Shown here: piece after piece, positions 17,912 to 25,773 of the stretch
Position numbering within the stretch: position 1 is the first letter of the stretch
How the letters are laid out: each line of letters begins with the position of its first letter
Source: Patescibacteria group bacterium
Lineage (GTDB): Bacteria > Patescibacteriota > Patescibacteriia > Patescibacteriales > UBA12465
Reading direction: 5' to 3'
Assembly (NCBI GenBank): GCA_041656935.1
Contig: JBBACQ010000001.1
Coordinates: forward strand, 93,459 to 157,458
Length of the DNA: 64,000 nt
The notes under the pieces: generated by a model
The model's database searches: none
Seen by the model: only the letters and a program-made list of their open reading frames with translations
Told to the model about the DNA's origin: nothing
Made by a program: the position numbers and the translations under genes

Positions 17912-17940
17912 ATTATAACATAATAGTGATAATAAGTCAA
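17912..17940 (-). promoter_or_regulatory. near-consensus sigma-70-type promoter for the orphan gene
   Basis: On the minus strand: TTGACT (17940-17935), 17-nt spacer, TATAAT (17917-17912), about 145 nt upstream of the ATG. Confidence 0.5.
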
Positions 17941-18016
17941 GTTTAAAAAACAATTAAAATATTTTTTATGATAATTCTTGGAAATATTAAAAAAATATAG
18001 TAAAATTAATTTTTTA

Positions 18017-18090
18017 CTTGCCAGCAATTCAAAATTTCAGGATATTCGCTATAAAATTTTTCATGCCACTTTTTCTAAAAAGTGCCATAA
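18017..18090 (+). repeat. single copy of the 77-nt 'arm + GCCAC hairpin' repeat unit
   Basis: CTTGCCAGCAATTCAAAATTTCAGGATATTCGCTATAAAATTTTTCATGCCACTTTTTCTAAAAAGTGCCATAA is near-identical to the units at 30807-30959. Confidence 0.8.
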
Positions 18091-18094
18091 AAAA

Positions 18095-18838
18095 TTATTT
18101 TCTACAATAATAAGTACGGCTTTGGACGCGGGGTCCACAATAGGTGTCTTCTTTTGTCGCCAAAATCTCAAAACCGCTATCTTCTAAAAACTTTTTCATG
18201 TCTATCTCAGAAATAAAACTCATTTTAATAGGGTAAAGCCCTATTTTTTGATATAAAAACTTTTCCGAAAATCCGATTAACTTTAAGAAATTATATAAAC
18301 GTCGGACCGGATGAAAACGAAAAGCCAGAGGAATCTTGCTCGGTAATTGAAAAACCAAAATACCAGCATTTTTTAGAACTCGCTTAAATTCCAAAATATA
18401 TTTTTTTATCAATTCCCTGCTGGGTAAATGTTGCAAAACTATACCAGAATAAACAAAACTAAATTTATCATCAGAAAAAATTTTTAAATCAGCTTCATTA
18501 ATAAAAAACTCAGCTGATAATCCGCGGTTTATCTCTCTGGCTCTTTCTATCATCGGACGGGAAATATCGGTACCATTATATTTAGAAAAATATTTTAGAA
18601 AATAGCGAGCTAAGCGACCTACCCCGCAACCAAAATCCAACATTTCATCTTTTGCTGGAGCAATATTAATATTTTTAAATTGGGAAAAAATATTTTCTAC
18701 TTCCCTTTCTCCGGTTTTTAAAAATTCCTCTAAATCCCAATTATTAAATCTTTTGGAGTTATCAGACAAAACCGCCCAGAGAGGATCCAGCTCGCCTAAT
18801 TTCTCCCAATTTTTTTTGTGTCTTTCAATTTGGCTCAT
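18095..18838 (-). CDS. class I SAM-dependent methyltransferase
   Basis: MLDFGCGVGRLARYF (motif I), followed by the YSGIVLQHL region. Confidence 0.8.
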   Translation of the reverse strand: MSQIERHKKNWEKLGELDPLWAVLSDNSKRFNNWDLEEFLKTGEREVENIFSQFKNINIAPAKDEMLDFGCGVGRLARYFLKYFSKYNGTDISRPMIERAREINRGLSAEFFINEADLKIFSDDKFSFVYSGIVLQHLPSRELIKKYILEFKRVLKNAGILVFQLPSKIPLAFRFHPVRRLYNFLKLIGFSEKFLYQKIGLYPIKMSFISEIDMKKFLEDSGFEILATKEDTYCGPRVQSRTYYCRK

Positions 18839-18900
18839 ATTTTTGTATTTATATTTATTAAGGAAATTATAGCAATATAAAATTATATTTTCAAATAAAA

Positions 18901-18924
18901 AACCGGCTCTTGCTTGAACCGGTT
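18901..18924 (-). terminator. putative terminator after the beta-barrel-like gene
   Basis: AACCGG-12 nt-CCGGTT, followed by a T-run on the minus strand. Confidence 0.5.
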
Positions 18925-18945
18925 AGATTGATTAGAGTGAGATAA

Positions 18946-19800
18946 CTATAGGTGAACAAATAAACACAAGTTCACTGCTTTGCTCTCGTGTTTATAACCA
19001 AGAGCGAATAGTCCTCCTCCTATTTTTCCAACTTCAAATGCTTTAGAAAATCCAATTTCCATTCTTGGAAAATTAGAAGTTTCGGTTTCGTATCCAGCGT
19101 CCAGATACAATCCGATTCCCTTAGCAATATCGAAATTAGAAAAATTAGCGATTATACTTGAGCCCCCAATGTTCTCAAAGGAAATTACATTATATAATCT
19201 CCCCACTGAGAAAACAGTGGCCACACCTATTTTTTCATCACAGACAGAATAATATGAAGCTAGTTCTATCTTTTTGAAAGAAAACTTGGCATGATATTCC
19301 GCCTTATCACCCCTCTCAGCTATCCCAAGACCGAAAGATGCTCCAGAATTAAAACGATAAGTTGTTTTAATCCCTAAAGCTCCTCCAGGAATTCTGGCCT
19401 GAGACCAAGTCTCAAAGTGGCCGTTGGCCGTAGGAGGAAGTGGTCTCAATTCTGTAGAAAGTGTCGCCATGCGACCAAACTCCACACTAAATTTTTCTTT
19501 TTTATTGTGAAGTTTAACAGAAAAAGAGTTTAAAGGTAGGCTATTACCCCCCGAATAATCAAAAGTACCGAATGACTTTATTTTCAAAAAAGGTAAAGCC
19601 TGCCAAGAAACGATGGCTCCGACACGAAAAGAGTAGAAGCTTTCTTGAAATGGTTTTTCAACTCGAAAAGAAAAACCATTGATTACACCAGCGTAAACGC
19701 TGGTAGTGGCAGTACTATCTTTCGAAACTAGGGGCAGAATCTGAGCCCAGGAAAATTGGGCAACTGCAACAAGAGTAATAATAAAAAGAACTTTTTTCAT
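18946..19800 (-). CDS. secreted protein with porin/OMP-like beta-barrel character
   Basis: Signal peptide MKKVLFIITLVAVAQFSWA|Q. The mature part is Gly/aromatic-rich with alternating hydrophobic dyads (e.g. GALGIKTTYRF, ASFGLGIA, AKFSFKKIELASYY, IGLYLDAGYE, LFALGYKH). No SD upstream. GC is patchily elevated (34/60 in line 19381). Confidence 0.6.
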   Translation of the reverse strand: MKKVLFIITLVAVAQFSWAQILPLVSKDSTATTSVYAGVINGFSFRVEKPFQESFYSFRVGAIVSWQALPFLKIKSFGTFDYSGGNSLPLNSFSVKLHNKKEKFSVEFGRMATLSTELRPLPPTANGHFETWSQARIPGGALGIKTTYRFNSGASFGLGIAERGDKAEYHAKFSFKKIELASYYSVCDEKIGVATVFSVGRLYNVISFENIGGSSIIANFSNFDIAKGIGLYLDAGYETETSNFPRMEIGFSKAFEVGKIGGGLFALGYKHESKAVNLCLFVHL

Positions 19801-20073
19801 GCTATCTATTTTTTAAGTTACGTTAATTAAATTGTTTATAAACTCCACCTAAATCTACTGAATAAAAAAGATGGATTTAATAAACAATTTAATTATTAAA
19901 CTTTTTTGTCGAAGAACTAAATAACCCCATATTATAGCATATATTCATAAATATGTCAAGGATTTAACTAAAAAGAGGTAAACTAAAAACAAAAAACCTC
20001 CCCAATGAGAAGTCTTTAGAGCTAATAAACACTAATTACTATAAAAAAATAATACCCTAATGCCGACCAGATA

Positions 20074-21357
20074 TTACCTCCGACGACGATTAAAATTACC
20101 AGACCGACCCTTCGGTTTCTTGGTAAAAAACTTTTTATTACTTCCTCTATTATTACCAGTACCTCTACTGCTATTACCGCTATTATTACCTCCCTCTTTA
20201 TTCGTTCTATCAACCAATCCACCGTCCAAACTCATTCTTCTAATCGGTAAATTCTTCTTTATTAGTCTCTCTATTTTCTGAATACTTCTGATCTGATTAC
20301 TCAAAGAAAAAGTTATGGCCTTGCCACCCTTCCCAGCTCTAGCTGTTCTACCAATGCGATGAACATAATCCTCAGAATTATCCGGCAAATCATAATTTAA
20401 AACTAATTGAATATCATTAATATCCAATCCCCGCGCCGCAACATCAGTCGCCACCATAATTCTACTAGAAGCATCTTTAAAATCTTGTAAAGATTTTTTT
20501 CTTTGATTAAAAGATAAATTGGAATGAATTTCTACCGATTTAAAACCATTATCATTTAATCGCTTGCACAAGGCACTGGCGCCATATCTAGTCCTAACAA
20601 AAATCAAAACTAATTTTCGATAATCACCTAATATTTTTATTAAATTTTTAAATTTCTCTTCCGATTTAATCAAATAAATTTCTTGATCAATTAAATCCAC
20701 CGTACTACCTGATGGGGCGACCTGAATTTGAAGTGGTGTCTTTAAATATTTCTCCGCTAACTTTATTATAACCGCCGGCATAGTAGCTGAGAATAATAGA
20801 GTCTGACGAGTAGTCGGTATTAATTTTATTAATTCCTCAATTTGTGGAGCAAAGCCCATATCAAACATCATATCGGCCTCATCTAAAACTAAAAAGGAAA
20901 TATCATCTAACCTAATTGTTCTTCTTCGAATATGATCTAATAATCTTCCCGGAGTAGCCACAATAATATTAGGATTTCTTTTCAAAGAAAATAATTGCCG
21001 ATTAAAAGCTTCCCCTCCAATAATAGAAATAGTTCTCATGCCTAAGCCCCCAGCAATTTTCTTTAAATTCTCTTCCACTTGGTTGGCTAGTTCTCTAGTA
21101 GGAAGTAAAACTAAAGCTCGTCCCCGAGAACATAACAAACTTTGAACCAATGGAATACCAAAAGCAAAGGTTTTCCCAGTCCCCGTTTGGGCAACCCCCA
21201 TTAAATCATGCCCCTTGATAGCCGAAGGGATTGATTTTCGTTGTATTAAAGTTGGTTCTATTATTCCGTTTTTTGTTAAAATAGATAAAATCCTTTCATC
21301 AATACCAAGACCAACAAAACCACTGGCTTTTCCATCCTTTTCCTCATTTTTTTGCAT
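20074..21357 (-). CDS. DEAD-box ATP-dependent RNA helicase with RG/N-rich C-terminal tail
   Basis: AQTGTGKT, PTRELA, VLDEADMMFD, SAT and HRIGRTARAG motifs. Confidence 0.9.
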   Translation of the reverse strand: MQKNEEKDGKASGFVGLGIDERILSILTKNGIIEPTLIQRKSIPSAIKGHDLMGVAQTGTGKTFAFGIPLVQSLLCSRGRALVLLPTRELANQVEENLKKIAGGLGMRTISIIGGEAFNRQLFSLKRNPNIIVATPGRLLDHIRRRTIRLDDISFLVLDEADMMFDMGFAPQIEELIKLIPTTRQTLLFSATMPAVIIKLAEKYLKTPLQIQVAPSGSTVDLIDQEIYLIKSEEKFKNLIKILGDYRKLVLIFVRTRYGASALCKRLNDNGFKSVEIHSNLSFNQRKKSLQDFKDASSRIMVATDVAARGLDINDIQLVLNYDLPDNSEDYVHRIGRTARAGKGGKAITFSLSNQIRSIQKIERLIKKNLPIRRMSLDGGLVDRTNKEGGNNSGNSSRGTGNNRGSNKKFFTKKPKGRSGNFNRRRR

Positions 21358-21368
21358 AAAATGTAAAT

Positions 21369-23396
21369 TTAAAATTTAAAGTAAAAAATCATGACTCTAG
21401 AATTATCCACACTATAGACCAGATCAGCTTCTACTCTAACCTCTTCTACGATTTTAGTAAAGCCCCACCAATAATCATTAACCACAAAATAAACACCTTC
21501 AGCCCCAATCTCAGTCATTAATTCTAACATTAATTCCCTGTTAGGGTTCTCAATCATCTTTAAATAGTAGTCATATAATAATCCCCCGGTCTGAACGGAA
21601 TAATAAAGCCAAGGACCGTAATATCTTTTAAAACCATATTCCTTAATAGCGCTAGCCCCTACTTGCTGATTAGCTAAAACAACATAATTATCATTTTCCT
21701 TAACGCTCTCAATAAAGCGCACGGCTGTAAAGTCAGAAGATGAAACTGAAAAAGCACGAGAATTAAAATGATTATCTTTACGGGGATAATTTAAATATAG
21801 CGAGACCAAAAGTAAACCCGATAAAAATATAGAGATAATAATTTTGAAAAGTATTTTTTCTGATTTTATTTTTTTTATAGAACAAATAAAGATCTCATAA
21901 AAAACTGGGATTAAAAACAAAAAAGATAATATTAAAATTCTGCTGGCATAACTCCCTTTATCTATTTGACTTAAAAATGGAAAATCAATAAACAAACTTA
22001 AAAAATATGACAACATTAAAGCCAAAGAATTAAAGTAGAAAATTTTTAATTCCTTAAGGCGATATTTGAAAACAAAAATTGTAGCTAAAGAAAATAGGAT
22101 TAATAAGAACCAATTTTTATTGAGACCAAAAAAATAAATAAAATTTAAAATGGCATTCTCCTGCCCAACTAACCTAGGAACCCAATTAACCAAATTAATA
22201 TTAGGGAAAGAGAATCGGCCACCAGAAAATATTAAAAGTATTGGCAAAACTATAATTTGGCCTAAATAAGCTAAGTATTTTGAAGCATTTAGCAATTTAT
22301 AATTAAATTTTAAGTTCCACTTCCCTATTTTCAGCAAACTTCCATTATTTTTAATAATACCAATGAACAAAATAAAGGTAAAAATAATTGCCGGAACTCC
22401 AGCTAAGGGATGAATAAAAAATATAGCCAAAGCTAAAGAAAATAGAAAGAAAAAATTAGTTTTTTGGGCAACAAAGTTTTTATTAAAAGAAAATATTAAT
22501 AAAATAATTAAAAACAAAAAGGCTAAGTTTTGTGGAACAGTATAAGTAAAAATTGAAAATGGTAAAATTAGAAATAATAATAAGGGCCAAACAGTTTTGT
22601 GGAATCCTCTTTTTTTAAAATTAAAAATAAAGGTTAATGGGATTAATACGGCTGATAAAAATGGAACCAATAATTTATCTAAAGTCTCCAAAGAAAAAGG
22701 CCAAATCTTTAAAAAGAATAATTCTAAGGTATATTGGCCCAGATAATAAATAGTTTTGGGCTCTACAACACCAAATTTTAAAATGTCAGCCAAAACTCGT
22801 TGATGAAGTAATTGATCATAACCAAAGGCAATTTTATAAATAAAAAATGAAACAGAAAAAAATAAGAAATATAACATAAACACAAACAAATATGACCACC
22901 TGCTTTTAAAATAGAAATTTATAAATATGGTTACTATTAAAAGCCAAAGAAAAAACCAGAAATAATTGGGTAAGAATTGCCAAGGAGAAGCAATAGCCGA
23001 GAAACTGCCGGATTTGAAGAAGATTTGAAACAAAAGAAAGAATAGAGATAGAGTTATCACGGGCAAAATAATTTTTAGAAATACAGAAATTCGCAAGGAT
23101 TCGGACAGCGCTGGGGTTCCCTTCCCCTCCCGCGTATAGTCGCTACGCGACATGCGGTCGGCCGGGAATGATAAGGACGGGGAGGGCGAAGCTTGTTGAT
23201 TACCCCTATAAATGCTAAAATAAATAAAGCTATAAGTTAATAATAACGATAAAAATAGAGTAATAATAACCACTAAATCGTTAAATTTATAAAAATAATA
23301 AAAAATAGAGCCGATATTTATAATCAGCGACAAAAATAAAAGGAAAAATAAAAGAAAATTTTTCTTAAAAAGATTTAAAAAAGTATCTAAACTCAT
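21369..23396 (-). CDS. large polytopic membrane protein with C-terminal soluble domain (possible GT-C-like glycan-assembly protein)
   Basis: More than 12 hydrophobic segments, then a soluble tail of about 130 aa. The track start at 23459 overlaps the divergent GT4 gene; I prefer the ATG at 23396 (MSLDTFLNLF...). Contains an in-frame GC-rich insert. Confidence 0.6.
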   Translation of the reverse strand: MSLDTFLNLFKKNFLLFFLLFLSLIINIGSIFYYFYKFNDLVVIITLFLSLLLTYSFIYFSIYRGNQQASPSPSLSFPADRMSRSDYTREGKGTPALSESLRISVFLKIILPVITLSLFFLLFQIFFKSGSFSAIASPWQFLPNYFWFFLWLLIVTIFINFYFKSRWSYLFVFMLYFLFFSVSFFIYKIAFGYDQLLHQRVLADILKFGVVEPKTIYYLGQYTLELFFLKIWPFSLETLDKLLVPFLSAVLIPLTFIFNFKKRGFHKTVWPLLLFLILPFSIFTYTVPQNLAFLFLIILLIFSFNKNFVAQKTNFFFLFSLALAIFFIHPLAGVPAIIFTFILFIGIIKNNGSLLKIGKWNLKFNYKLLNASKYLAYLGQIIVLPILLIFSGGRFSFPNINLVNWVPRLVGQENAILNFIYFFGLNKNWFLLILFSLATIFVFKYRLKELKIFYFNSLALMLSYFLSLFIDFPFLSQIDKGSYASRILILSFLFLIPVFYEIFICSIKKIKSEKILFKIIISIFLSGLLLVSLYLNYPRKDNHFNSRAFSVSSSDFTAVRFIESVKENDNYVVLANQQVGASAIKEYGFKRYYGPWLYYSVQTGGLLYDYYLKMIENPNRELMLELMTEIGAEGVYFVVNDYWWGFTKIVEEVRVEADLVYSVDNSRVMIFYFKF
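23091..23196 (-). repeat. GC-rich palindromic element inserted in-frame in the membrane-protein gene
   Basis: Imperfect terminal inverted repeats CTTCCCCTCCCG (23121-32) and CGGGGAGGGCGAAG (23178-91); inner hairpin CGCGTA-7 nt-TACGCG. Shares 22-nt and 18-nt blocks with 47258-47279 and 47355-47372. Confidence 0.75.
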
Positions 23397-23425
23397 ATCT
23401 ATAATATAGCAAAAAATACAAATAT

Positions 23426-24523
23426 ATGAAAATTGCCCAAGTGGTCTGTGTCTACCCACCCTATGCCGGCGGAATTGGAACCTCGGCCCTAAAATTACAA
23501 AAAACTTTGTCTACCCAACACGACAGCTCTGTTTTTACAATTAGGGACAAACACGGGATAGCCGAAGATGATAAAAAAAATAATATAATCCGATTAAAAC
23601 CATTTCTTAAATTAGGCCATGGAGCAATCTTGTGTTCCCTATTAAAAAGATTAAAAAACTTTGATGTTATTTACTTCCACTACCCTTTTTTTGGAACTGG
23701 AATAATAATCTGGCTATTTAAAATTATACACCCTAAGAAAAAACTGATAATTCATTACCACATGGATGTCCATCACAAAAATGTTTTATTCCAAATATTA
23801 AGCTGGCCCGAAGAAATTATCAAGAAATCATTATTCAAAAAAAGTGAAATCATCGTTAGTGCTTCATTAGATTATATAAAGCACAGTCAAATAAAAAATA
23901 TTTATAAAAAATACCCAGAGAAATTTAGAGAGGTTCCTTTTTCGGTTGACACCAACGAATTCAAACCGCTGGAAATGGATAGAAAAGAAAATATAGTATT
24001 ATTTGTTGGTGGGCTAGACAAGGCTCATTACTTTAAGGGGGTTGATATTTTAATTAAAGCAATAAGCGAAATAAAGGATATTGAGCTAGAATTAAGAATT
24101 ATTGGTGAGGGTGAATTAAAAAATGAATTTAAAAATTTAAGCCGAGATTTAAGCGTTGAAAATAGAATAAAATTTTTAGGAAAACTTGATAAAAAAGGCT
24201 TAATAGAACATTATCAAAAAGCTAAATTTTTGGTTTTGCCATCTATTAACAGTAATGAAGCCTTTGGTATTGTCTTAATAGAAGCTATGGCTTGTGGCAC
24301 TCCAGTTATCGCCTCTGATTTACCGGGAGTCAGAACCGTTTTTGAAAATGAAAAATCGGGATTATTAGTGGAACCAAAAAATATTGAAGATTTAAAAAAT
24401 AAAATTGAGTTAATTTTACAGAATGAAGAAAAACAAAAAAATATGAGCCAAGAGGCCCATAGATTAGCATTAGAAAAATATGCAGAAGATATAATTGACT
24501 CTAAAGTTTTAGAATTATTTTAA
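23426..24523 (+). CDS. glycosyltransferase family 4
   Basis: GT-B fold signature near the C-terminus: LPSINSNEAFGIVLIEAMACGTPVIASDLPG. Confidence 0.85.
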   Translation: MKIAQVVCVYPPYAGGIGTSALKLQKTLSTQHDSSVFTIRDKHGIAEDDKKNNIIRLKPFLKLGHGAILCSLLKRLKNFDVIYFHYPFFGTGIIIWLFKIIHPKKKLIIHYHMDVHHKNVLFQILSWPEEIIKKSLFKKSEIIVSASLDYIKHSQIKNIYKKYPEKFREVPFSVDTNEFKPLEMDRKENIVLFVGGLDKAHYFKGVDILIKAISEIKDIELELRIIGEGELKNEFKNLSRDLSVENRIKFLGKLDKKGLIEHYQKAKFLVLPSINSNEAFGIVLIEAMACGTPVIASDLPGVRTVFENEKSGLLVEPKNIEDLKNKIELILQNEEKQKNMSQEAHRLALEKYAEDIIDSKVLELF

Positions 24524-24548
24524 GTAAAATATATAATAAATAGAAAAA

Positions 24549-24620
24549 TTGTGTTTATCGTGAACATTCAAAAATTTTGGAAAAAATATTTTTTAGGCCA
24601 CTTTTTTAGAAAAAGTGCCA
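24549..24620 (+). repeat. variant copy of the arm + hairpin repeat unit
   Basis: TTGTGTTTATCGTGAACATTCAAAAATTTTGGAAAAAAT resembles 31083-31121. It is followed by GGCCACTTTTTTAGAAAAAGTGCC, ending 10 nt before the GT4 ATG. Confidence 0.7.
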
Positions 24621-24630
24621 TAATAAAACT

Positions 24631-25692
24631 ATGAAAATAGCAATAATCAATAACCTATACAAACCCTATCACAAAGGTGGAGCCGAGAAGGTTTGCGAAA
24701 GACTAATCACCGAATTAGAAAAAAACGGTCATTTTTGTTTTATCGTCACCACTAAACCAAAAATATTAACCGACACAAACCAAAATCCCAAGACCTATTA
24801 CCTCGATTCCAACTATTATAACTTAGGAAAAAAATCACTCCCCTATCGCTTTTTCTGGCAAATCGGAAATATTTTTAATTTTGGCCAAGGAAAAAAATTA
24901 AAAAAAATATTACAACTAGAAAAACCCGACTTAATTATATCTAATAATTTAATGGGCATCGGCTTGAAAACTTTCCAAATTATTAAAAAATTAAACATTA
25001 AACATACCCACATCTTACACGACATTCAATTGATCCACCCCTCTGGTTTAATAATTTTTAAACAAGAAAAAATTATCAACACTCTACCTTCCAAGATTTA
25101 CCAAAACATTAGTCGTTATTTTTCTGGCTCACCAGAAAAAGTAGTTTCCCCTTCTAATTGGCTATTACAAGAACATATTAAAAAAGGCTTTTTCAAGAAA
25201 AGCGAAAAAATAGTTCAGCCCAACCCTCAGCCATTCGGAGAAAAAAAAGAAATTATTAGAGAAAAAAATAAAAACACAACTGACTTTTTATTTATTGGCC
25301 AAATAGAAGAACATAAAGGAATAATTTTCCTAATTGAAACTTTTAAAAAAATAGAAAACGCCAAAATTAATCTTAAGATTATTGGTGACGGAAAATTAAT
25401 AGATAAAATAAAATTAATAGCTCAAGATGATAACCGTATCAAAATTTTAGGACTAAAAAATAAAGAAGATGTGACTAAAGAATTAATCGAAGCTGATTGC
25501 TTAATAGTTCCCTCGCTTTGTTATGAAAACTCCCCTACGGTAATTTACGAAGCTCAGCATTTTAATCTACCGATTATCGCTTCAAATATTGGCGGTATTC
25601 CAGAATTACTACTAAAAGAACCAAACTCATTATTTAAACCCGGGAATGGAAAAGAACTTATCGAGAGAATAAATAAGTTCGCACCGAAATAA
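24631..25692 (+). CDS. glycosyltransferase family 4
   Basis: VPSLCYENSPTVIYEAQHFNLPIIASNIGG: GT4 E-x7-E-like region. Confidence 0.8.
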   Translation: MKIAIINNLYKPYHKGGAEKVCERLITELEKNGHFCFIVTTKPKILTDTNQNPKTYYLDSNYYNLGKKSLPYRFFWQIGNIFNFGQGKKLKKILQLEKPDLIISNNLMGIGLKTFQIIKKLNIKHTHILHDIQLIHPSGLIIFKQEKIINTLPSKIYQNISRYFSGSPEKVVSPSNWLLQEHIKKGFFKKSEKIVQPNPQPFGEKKEIIREKNKNTTDFLFIGQIEEHKGIIFLIETFKKIENAKINLKIIGDGKLIDKIKLIAQDDNRIKILGLKNKEDVTKELIEADCLIVPSLCYENSPTVIYEAQHFNLPIIASNIGGIPELLLKEPNSLFKPGNGKELIERINKFAPK

Positions 25693-25773
25693 GAAGACAC
25701 CGTCCGCCCAGAAAACCTTTACAAAATATAAAATTTATTATACTATTTAATATTAAAAATTAATCTAAAAAAT

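Noticed and set aside
17978-18187. 69-aa plus-strand ORF spanning the 18.0-kb repeat unit
   Set aside because: It starts at a non-ATG codon, runs through a repeat copy and overlaps the methyltransferase 3' end antisense. It is a likely artefact.
20022-20281. ORFs 20022..20222 (-) and 20060..20281 (+) over the DEAD-box helicase 3' end
   Set aside because: They overlap the well-supported helicase frame. Their sequences are repetitive (LLLLP/VIIAV) and mirror the RG/N-rich tail codons.
23397-23459. N-terminal 21 aa of track ORF 21369..23459 (MGRHRPLGQFSYICIFCYIID)
   Set aside because: It overlaps the start of the divergent GT4 gene by 34 nt. The internal ATG at 23396 begins the hydrophobic protein proper, so I used that start.
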